A stretch of 62,128 nt of DNA from a bacterium. GTDB lineage: Bacteria; Patescibacteriota; Dojkabacteria; JAKAPS01; JAJZLI01. Made by a program: the position numbers and the translations under genes. The stretch covers positions 1-62,128 of the forward strand of contig DAIDGT010000004.1 of assembly GCA_027459825.1 (NCBI GenBank). The letters are read 5' to 3'. This document shows, piece after piece, positions 7,432 to 13,171 of the stretch. Under the pieces are notes generated by a model. That model had not been told where the DNA came from and searched no databases. It worked only from the letters and a program-made list of their open reading frames with translations. Positions within the stretch are counted from its first letter, which is position 1. Each line of letters begins with the position of its first letter.

Positions 7432-8151
7432 ATGTTCCGAATGTCCCAAGAAAGGGTGAGATCCGTGAAGAGGATCCTGGCTCTGGTTGCTATGTTCCTG
7501 ACTCTGTTTGGATTCAGTTCCATGGCTTCAGCCTCGGGCTCAGCTCGACAGTGGTTCTATGAGATCGGTCCCAATTTTCCATTCAAGGAGGTGGTTCCTT
7601 CCCAAGAGATCGAGACTGTCAGCATTCCGTTGACAACAGCCAACCAGTCGTGGGTAACCATCCCGTTCTCCTCCTATACAGGTGGAGCGATCCTAGTCGG
7701 TCAACCTTCCTCCTTTGGAGGAAAGAATGGAATGCAAATCGTGCATTCCTCGACAACAACGACCTACGTGTCGATCCATCTACAAATGGGACAATATGTA
7801 CCATTTACTGTCATTGGCCCGTCAACCTCCTCGCAAAAGGAGTACATTGGATTCATCGTCGGAGTCCCTCAAGGTTCCGTCATGACAAACAACAACGAAT
7901 TGATTTACTGGGGCAACTCAGTAAACCTGTTCCGTCCCGGATCTCAAGTTCTGTTCCTAACCCGAGATGCAGTCGGCTATGCTACCCAAGGATGGGTGAC
8001 AATATCGATTAATGGAGGAGCAACTGTATCCCGGATTCCTGCCAATGATGGCTGGATGGAATTTCAAGTTCCAAATCTGCCAGGGGCAACTCTGACGGTT
8101 CAATCCGGCAATCGGACAATAAATGGGGTGATCATTCCCGTCTCCTCTTAA
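7432..8151 (+). CDS. GC-rich secreted protein, paralogue A (Sec signal peptide, ASA|SG cleavage site)
   Basis: 239-aa ORF. By homology with paralogue B the start is probably GTG 7465 (VKRILALVAMFLTLFGFSSMASASG). About 50% G+C, Gly/Thr/Ser/Pro/Val-rich, no Cys. It carries the conserved block IPANDGWMEFQVPN at 8035-8076. Confidence 0.8.
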   Translation: MFRMSQERVRSVKRILALVAMFLTLFGFSSMASASGSARQWFYEIGPNFPFKEVVPSQEIETVSIPLTTANQSWVTIPFSSYTGGAILVGQPSSFGGKNGMQIVHSSTTTTYVSIHLQMGQYVPFTVIGPSTSSQKEYIGFIVGVPQGSVMTNNNELIYWGNSVNLFRPGSQVLFLTRDAVGYATQGWVTISINGGATVSRIPANDGWMEFQVPNLPGATLTVQSGNRTINGVIIPVSS

Positions 8152-8159
8152 TGAGGTAA

Positions 8160-8285
8160 TGACCAATAGGTCAAAAGAAAGAAAGGAGATGATCCAAAAA
8201 AAAGAACAATAAACAGGGTCAGAGAGACCAAATATTTTGTGTGCAAGCACAACCTATCTAAATCTCTCTGACCCATTTTCTTTTA
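8160..8285 (+). terminator. two-hairpin 3' module copy 1 (rho-independent terminator-like)
   Basis: TGACC-AATA-GGTCA (8160-8173). A 12-bp outer stem pairs GGGTCAGAGAGA (8216-8227) with TCTCTCTGACCC (8263-8274). The inner hairpin TTGTGT-GCAA-GCACAA (8237-8252) has a GNRA loop. A T-rich tail follows at 8276-8284. Confidence 0.7.
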
Positions 8286-8313
8286 TACATAAATTCCCAA
8301 ATAATATAAACAA

Positions 8314-8322
8314 TGCTATACT
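8314..8322 (+). promoter_or_regulatory. extended -10 element TGCTATACT upstream of the ATPase gene
   Basis: TGn + TATACT, located 16 nt before the ATG at 8339 and directly after terminator copy 1. Confidence 0.35.
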
Positions 8323-8338
8323 ATTTTGTATTAACTAT

Positions 8339-10639
8339 ATGGTAATACTTTTTGCTTTCCTAATTATAATTTTTGTAATCTTTGTGATTGCTATTCTTTA
8401 TATAATAAAAGCAAAAGAAGTAACGAATGAGGAAATTACAGATAAAATCATTTTAAAGATAGCAGTTCCAAAAGAAAATGAAAAAACACCACTTAGCGCA
8501 GAACAAATGTTTGCTTCCTTACATGGGATTATAGAAGGTAAAAATAAAGCAAAAGATCCAATCAGTTTTGAAATAGCAGGAAATAGTGAAGGAATATCAT
8601 TTTATGTAGTAATTCCTAAGTACTTAAGAGATTTCGTAACTGGGCAAATATATGCTCAATATCCGCTTTCAGAAATATACCAATCTCAAGATTATTTTGA
8701 CGATGTATCTAAATATAATTCTGTGTATATTACAAATATAAAACTAGAAAAAAAATATAGTCTTCCTATAAAAACATTTGAAAATTTTGATGTTGATCCT
8801 CTTTCTGCACTAACTGCAACAATGACAAATATAAATGGAGAATGTGCTATACAATTTGTCATAAGACCCATAGGAAATACATGGCAGGATGGGAGCAAAA
8901 AATATATAGAAAAAATAAAAGGAAAAAATGGAAGTTTTTCAGAAATAATGAAAAGTCAAAATCCTGAAAAAACAAATAAAAAAGAAGAAACATCGTTTAC
9001 TAATGAAGAAAAAGTCACACAAATAGAAAATAAAATTTTAAAGGTTGGATATCAAATTGCAATAAGAGTCATGGCTGCTACAGAACAGGATAGCGAGTCA
9101 AGAAGGGTAGTAAATGATATCAAAGCATCATTTAAACAATTTTCAACGCCACACCTAAATTCTTTTATAGAAATCACAAATAATGATAAAAATGCACATG
9201 AAAGGAATTTCACATATTTTAAAAATAGATTTATCGGAAAGAATACAAAAGATATATTAAATATAGAAGAGCTTGCATCCTTATATCACCTTCCAAATTT
9301 ATCCGTAGAAACACCTTCAATTCATTGGTCAAAAGCAAAAAAAGCAGAATCTCCATTAAACCTTCCAACAGAAGATGTTACAGTAATAGGAATGACTAAC
9401 TTTAGGGAAACTAAAAAGAAATTTGGTATAAAGACAGATGATAGAAGAAGGCATATGTATATTCTAGGAAAAACTGGTACAGGAAAAAGTACAATGATGA
9501 AAAATATGATAATTTCGGATATCCTGAAAGGCAATGGAGTAGGTGTATTTGATCCTCATGGAGAACTCGCTGATGATATTCTAAACTTTATTCCAAACAA
9601 TAGAATTAATGATGTAGTAATAATAGACCCATCAGATACAGAACACCCAGTATCTATAAATTTATTAGACCTTAAAGACCAACACTTAAGAGATTTAGTT
9701 GCTGATAATATTCTTGCTGTATTTAAAAAACATTTTGATTCATGGGGGCCACGATTGGAATATTTATTACACAATTGTATATTAACTTTACTACAAGTAG
9801 ACAATACATCATTGTTAGGAATACAAAGGATACTTGTAGATAAAAATTATAGGCACAAAATAGTTTCTTATCTAAAAGACCCTATACTTATTAGATTCTG
9901 GAATGACGAATTTGAATCAATGGAGAAAAACAACAAATTATCATCTGAAGCAATTGCACCAATTCAAAATAAAGTAGGTAGATTTCTATCCTCTGCAACA
10001 ATAAGAAATATGGTAGGCCAAGTAACGTCAACAATTGATCTTGAAGAAATAATAAATGCAAAAAAAATATTAATTGTAAATCTTTCTCAAGGTAGAATAG
10101 GAGAGGAATCAACTGCACTACTTGGAGGTATGCTTATTACAAGACTCCAATCCGCAGCAATGCAAAGGGTTAAAATAAATGAAACAGAAAGACAAGATTT
10201 CTTCTTATATGTTGATGAATTCCAAACGTTCGCAACAAATGCATTCACAAAAATATTATCGGAAGCAAGAAAGTATAGGCTTGACTTAATACTAGCTCAT
10301 CAGTATATTGCGCAACTTGAAGAAGAAATACAAAATGCAATATTTGGAAATGTAGGGACATCTCTTAGTTTTGTTGTAGGACCACAAGATGCAGATCTAC
10401 TAGAAAAAGAATTTTCCCCTATATTCATTGCTCAAGACTTAATTTCTCTTGAAAGACACAACTTCTACATTAAATTGATGATAGATGGAATGATATCAAA
10501 ACCATTCAGTGGAACATCAATGGACTTACAGTACGAGAGAAACACTAATAAGGAAAAAGTTATAAGGGTAAGTCAGGAAAGATATGCAAGATCCAGATCA
10601 GAAGTAGAAGACAAAATTCAAAGGTGGAATACTAATTAA
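8339..10639 (+). CDS. membrane-anchored P-loop ATPase of the TraD/TraG/VirD4/TrwB coupling-protein type (FtsK/HerA superfamily)
   Basis: 766 aa from the ATG at 8339; the track start at 8237 lies inside the terminator hairpin. N-terminal TM helix VILFAFLIIIFVIFVIAILYII. Walker A ILGKTGTGKST (9467-9493), Walker B FFLYVDE (10199-10219), then ARKYRLDLILAHQYIAQL. The roughly 330-aa N-terminal domain has no motif I recognise. Confidence 0.75.
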   Translation: MVILFAFLIIIFVIFVIAILYIIKAKEVTNEEITDKIILKIAVPKENEKTPLSAEQMFASLHGIIEGKNKAKDPISFEIAGNSEGISFYVVIPKYLRDFVTGQIYAQYPLSEIYQSQDYFDDVSKYNSVYITNIKLEKKYSLPIKTFENFDVDPLSALTATMTNINGECAIQFVIRPIGNTWQDGSKKYIEKIKGKNGSFSEIMKSQNPEKTNKKEETSFTNEEKVTQIENKILKVGYQIAIRVMAATEQDSESRRVVNDIKASFKQFSTPHLNSFIEITNNDKNAHERNFTYFKNRFIGKNTKDILNIEELASLYHLPNLSVETPSIHWSKAKKAESPLNLPTEDVTVIGMTNFRETKKKFGIKTDDRRRHMYILGKTGTGKSTMMKNMIISDILKGNGVGVFDPHGELADDILNFIPNNRINDVVIIDPSDTEHPVSINLLDLKDQHLRDLVADNILAVFKKHFDSWGPRLEYLLHNCILTLLQVDNTSLLGIQRILVDKNYRHKIVSYLKDPILIRFWNDEFESMEKNNKLSSEAIAPIQNKVGRFLSSATIRNMVGQVTSTIDLEEIINAKKILIVNLSQGRIGEESTALLGGMLITRLQSAAMQRVKINETERQDFFLYVDEFQTFATNAFTKILSEARKYRLDLILAHQYIAQLEEEIQNAIFGNVGTSLSFVVGPQDADLLEKEFSPIFIAQDLISLERHNFYIKLMIDGMISKPFSGTSMDLQYERNTNKEKVIRVSQERYARSRSEVEDKIQRWNTN

Positions 10640-10660
10640 AAGACATATAACCCTATAGTA

Positions 10661-10689
10661 TTGAATAATAAAATAATTCATGATATAAT
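10661..10689 (+). promoter_or_regulatory. strong extended -10 promoter of GC-rich gene B
   Basis: TTGAAT (10661-10666), N17, TG (10681-10682), then TATAAT (10684-10689). It begins 22 nt after the ATPase stop codon. Confidence 0.6.
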
Positions 10690-10732
10690 TATATTTGTTC
10701 TTTTCAAAATGTCCCAGAAAGGATGAGCTTCG

Positions 10733-11503
10733 TTGAAGAAGATCCTGTCGATTGCAGCAGCAGCGATCCTGACCCTGACCATTGGTCTCGGAATCGGATC
10801 TACGGCTTCTGCATCTGGCCTCAATGTTGGAGCTCCCAACGAGTTCTACACGGTGGCCCCTGACACGATCTGGACTATGGTTGAGCCTACAGGCCCTGAC
10901 AGCATTCAAGGCATCAGCATCCCGATAACTCAAACAGGTCCCATGTCAATTGCGTTCGCAACGGATCCCGGCATGCTGGTTATTGTAGGCAACAACCCTA
11001 CAGCAACAGGTGCATCACAGATTCAAACCGTCAACGCAACAACCAATGTAACAACCGTTCCTGTATCTCTGGAAATGAATGTCCCTGTACCTTTTGAAGT
11101 TCTTGGAGGAACCAAGAGGGGGTCTGCCGTGGTTGTGTACCAAGGCTACCTAATGGGTACTCCACGAGGAGCAGAATGGTCAGGCACAGATGCTACCAGC
11201 AACAATGTTTATCTCTACTGGAATAATCCAGGAGAGATGAATGACTTCATGGCTGGAACCATAGCACAAGTTCCTGCAACATCTGCCATCGGCAACACCA
11301 CGGAAGGTTGGATTTCTACAACACAGGACAACCTCACAGTGGTTTCCAAGATACCTGCCAATGATGGCTGGATGGAGTTTCAAGTTCCAAACACAGTAGG
11401 GGCAACCCTAACTGCAGTATCTGGCAACCAGACAACCACGGGAACAGTAATCTCTCATCAAAACAACGAGACGTTTTCGCCTCCTCCCCTCATAATGAGG
11501 TAA
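10733..11503 (+). CDS. GC-rich secreted protein, paralogue B (Sec signal peptide, ASA|SG cleavage site)
   Basis: 256 aa with a TTG start (MKKILSIAAAAILTLTIGLGIGSTASASG). More than 50% G+C. It shares SIPxT, VPFxVxG, LYW and IPANDGWMEFQVPN (11351-11392) with paralogue A. Confidence 0.8.
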   Translation: MKKILSIAAAAILTLTIGLGIGSTASASGLNVGAPNEFYTVAPDTIWTMVEPTGPDSIQGISIPITQTGPMSIAFATDPGMLVIVGNNPTATGASQIQTVNATTNVTTVPVSLEMNVPVPFEVLGGTKRGSAVVVYQGYLMGTPRGAEWSGTDATSNNVYLYWNNPGEMNDFMAGTIAQVPATSAIGNTTEGWISTTQDNLTVVSKIPANDGWMEFQVPNTVGATLTAVSGNQTTTGTVISHQNNETFSPPPLIMR

Positions 11504-11629
11504 TGACCTAACGGTCAAATAAAAAGGATGTGTGTCATGAAAAGAAATGTTTAAGGGTCAGAGAGACCAAAATTATTTTGTGCGCAAGCACACTTTAATT
11601 CAAATCTCTCTGACCCATTTCCTTTTTTT
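11504..11629 (+). terminator. two-hairpin 3' module copy 2 (rho-independent terminator-like)
   Basis: TGACC-TAAC-GGTCA (11504-11517). The outer stem pairs 11555-11566 with 11605-11616 and is identical to copy 1. Inner hairpin TGTGC-GCAA-GCACA (11579-11592). T-tract CCTTTTTTT at 11621-11629. Confidence 0.7.
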
Positions 11630-11650
11630 ATATACAATACCTATTTTTGC

Positions 11651-13012
11651 TTAAAATTCTTCGTTTGTTATAACAGACTCTACCTCTTTTAGCTGTTTAT
11701 CAAGTATTTCTTGACTCTTAGCCTCAGCATTAAGTCTTATAAGGGGTTCAGTATTTGATCCTCTCAAATTAAACCTCCAATCTGAAAAATCTACAGAAAG
11801 ACCATCTATATGATATATTCTTGAAGCCTTATCCTTATAATGTTCTTCAACATGCTCAAGTATCTTTGAAACATCACTAACCTTATAATTAATTTCAGGA
11901 GATGCAAAATACTTAGTCCTATAATAAGATAATAATTGAGAAAGAGGTTTCTTTTCATTAATAATATGCTCTAACATCATAAGCATAGGAATCATACCAT
12001 TATCAGCATAATAATTTTCCCTAAAATAAAAATGAGAAGATAATTCTCCTGCAAAAATAGCATTTTCCTGTCTCATTCTCTCTTTTATAAAAGCATGTCC
12101 TGCTTTTGAGATTATAGATACACCTCCCATTGAATTTATGGTGTCCTCAATAGCCCAGATTTGCCTTGGATCATGTATAATTTTTTCCCCGGGATGATTT
12201 TTTAAAATATTTTTAGCAAGCATTGCTGTAATAAAATACCCTGTTGAATATCCACCCTTCTCATCAATAAAGAAACACCTATCAGCATCTCCGTCATATG
12301 CAACACCAAGATCAGCATGTCTTTCAACTACTAACTTTTCTAAATCTTTTACATTTTCTTCATCAAGAGGTTCAGCTTGGTGATTTGGAAAATTACCATC
12401 AGGTTCAAAATATAAAGGAATAAGTTCACACCCTAGATGAGAAAAGACATCAGGTAAAATTGTTCCAGCGATACCATTCCCCGCATCAATTACAACCTTC
12501 AAACCTTTTAACTTATCTTTATCAACAAAACTTAAAACATGATTAATGTAATCATCTTTAATGTCTAATTTTTCAATACCATCTATAGAGGAAGGATAAT
12601 CAAATTTTTCATTCGAACTACCTAATACCAAATCTCTAATGGCATAAATACCACTATCTCCACTCAAAGGTTTTGCATCTCTCAAAACTAGCTTTACTCC
12701 GTTATACTCTTTTGGATTGTGCGATGCAGTAATCTGTACACCTCCATCAAATCCATATTTTGCAGTAGCAAAATACACCATATCTGTTGCAATAACTCCA
12801 AGATCTGTAACTTTAGCTCCAGCAAGAAGAGCACCTTTTACAAAATGCTCAAATAAAATTGGGGATGAAACACGAATATCTCTTCCTACGCAAATATTCA
12901 TAACCTTGGTAAATTTCACATAAAAATACCCTATTTTTGCAACAGTATCCTCATCAATTTGTGTTGGGTAAATACCCCTTATATCATAAGCTTTAAAAAT
13001 TGCAGGATCCAT
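11651..13012 (-). CDS. phosphomannomutase/phosphoglucomutase
   Basis: 453 aa. Active-site Ser loop TASHNPKEYNG and Mg-binding loop AYDGDADRCF. The overall layout matches the alpha-D-phosphohexomutase family. Confidence 0.88.
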   Translation of the reverse strand: MDPAIFKAYDIRGIYPTQIDEDTVAKIGYFYVKFTKVMNICVGRDIRVSSPILFEHFVKGALLAGAKVTDLGVIATDMVYFATAKYGFDGGVQITASHNPKEYNGVKLVLRDAKPLSGDSGIYAIRDLVLGSSNEKFDYPSSIDGIEKLDIKDDYINHVLSFVDKDKLKGLKVVIDAGNGIAGTILPDVFSHLGCELIPLYFEPDGNFPNHQAEPLDEENVKDLEKLVVERHADLGVAYDGDADRCFFIDEKGGYSTGYFITAMLAKNILKNHPGEKIIHDPRQIWAIEDTINSMGGVSIISKAGHAFIKERMRQENAIFAGELSSHFYFRENYYADNGMIPMLMMLEHIINEKKPLSQLLSYYRTKYFASPEINYKVSDVSKILEHVEEHYKDKASRIYHIDGLSVDFSDWRFNLRGSNTEPLIRLNAEAKSQEILDKQLKEVESVITNEEF

Positions 13013-13153
13013 AAAAATATACTAATAAACTAATTACCATGATTATAACCAAAATCAAACCAAAAATATATAATAAAATATTGCAATTCAAAAAAGTTCC
13101 TAATACACTAGGAACCAGAAACCATATTAAGTTAATTAAAATGTATTTATTTA

Positions 13154-13162
13154 TGATAAAAT
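13154..13162 (+). promoter_or_regulatory. extended -10 element TGATAAAAT 9 nt upstream of the argS ATG
   Basis: TGn + TAAAAT at 13154-13162; ATG at 13172; no Shine-Dalgarno sequence in between. Confidence 0.35.
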
Positions 13163-13171
13163 AGTATCCTC

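Noticed and set aside
7211-7459. 82-aa plus-strand ORF from the six-frame track
   Set aside because: It runs through hairpin-module copy 0 and the promoter of gene A. It has no ribosome-binding site, and its sequence is low-complexity read-through. The region is better explained as non-coding RNA structure plus a promoter.
7619-8250. Alternative-frame and antisense ORFs inside GC-rich gene A (7619..7804-, 7650..8012+, 7957..8250-)
   Set aside because: They are expected by chance where G+C is high and stop codons are rare. The frame with a signal peptide and homology to paralogue B is the real one.
8237-8338. Upstream extension of the ATPase ORF (track start 8237, MCASTTYLNLSDPF...)
   Set aside because: The putative start codon lies inside the inner hairpin of terminator copy 1, and the extension covers the T-tract and the extended -10 element. 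The ATG at 8339 begins directly with the TM helix.
10598-11383. Antisense ORFs over GC-rich gene B (10598..10933-, 11180..11383-)
   Set aside because: Same reason as for gene A. The first also crosses promoter B and the ATPase stop codon.
7432-11503. Diversity-generating retroelement targeting the paralogues
   Set aside because: No reverse transcriptase or template repeat is present in the window. The differences between A and B are spread over the whole gene rather than confined to a C-terminal variable region with adenine-specific mismatches.
7432-11503. GC islands as contamination or a chimeric assembly
   Set aside because: Each island is embedded between AT-rich promoter and terminator sequences that are themselves duplicated, and the AT-rich ATPase gene lies between them on one contiguous sequence. 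Read mapping is still needed for proof.
7245-11629. Hairpin modules as integron attC sites, IS200/IS605-type ends or retron msr/msd
   Set aside because: The window contains no integrase, TnpA/TnpB or reverse transcriptase. No GTTRRRY/RYYYAAC core sites flank the stems. Copies 1 and 2 are followed by T-tracts in the sense orientation of the upstream gene, which fits terminators better.
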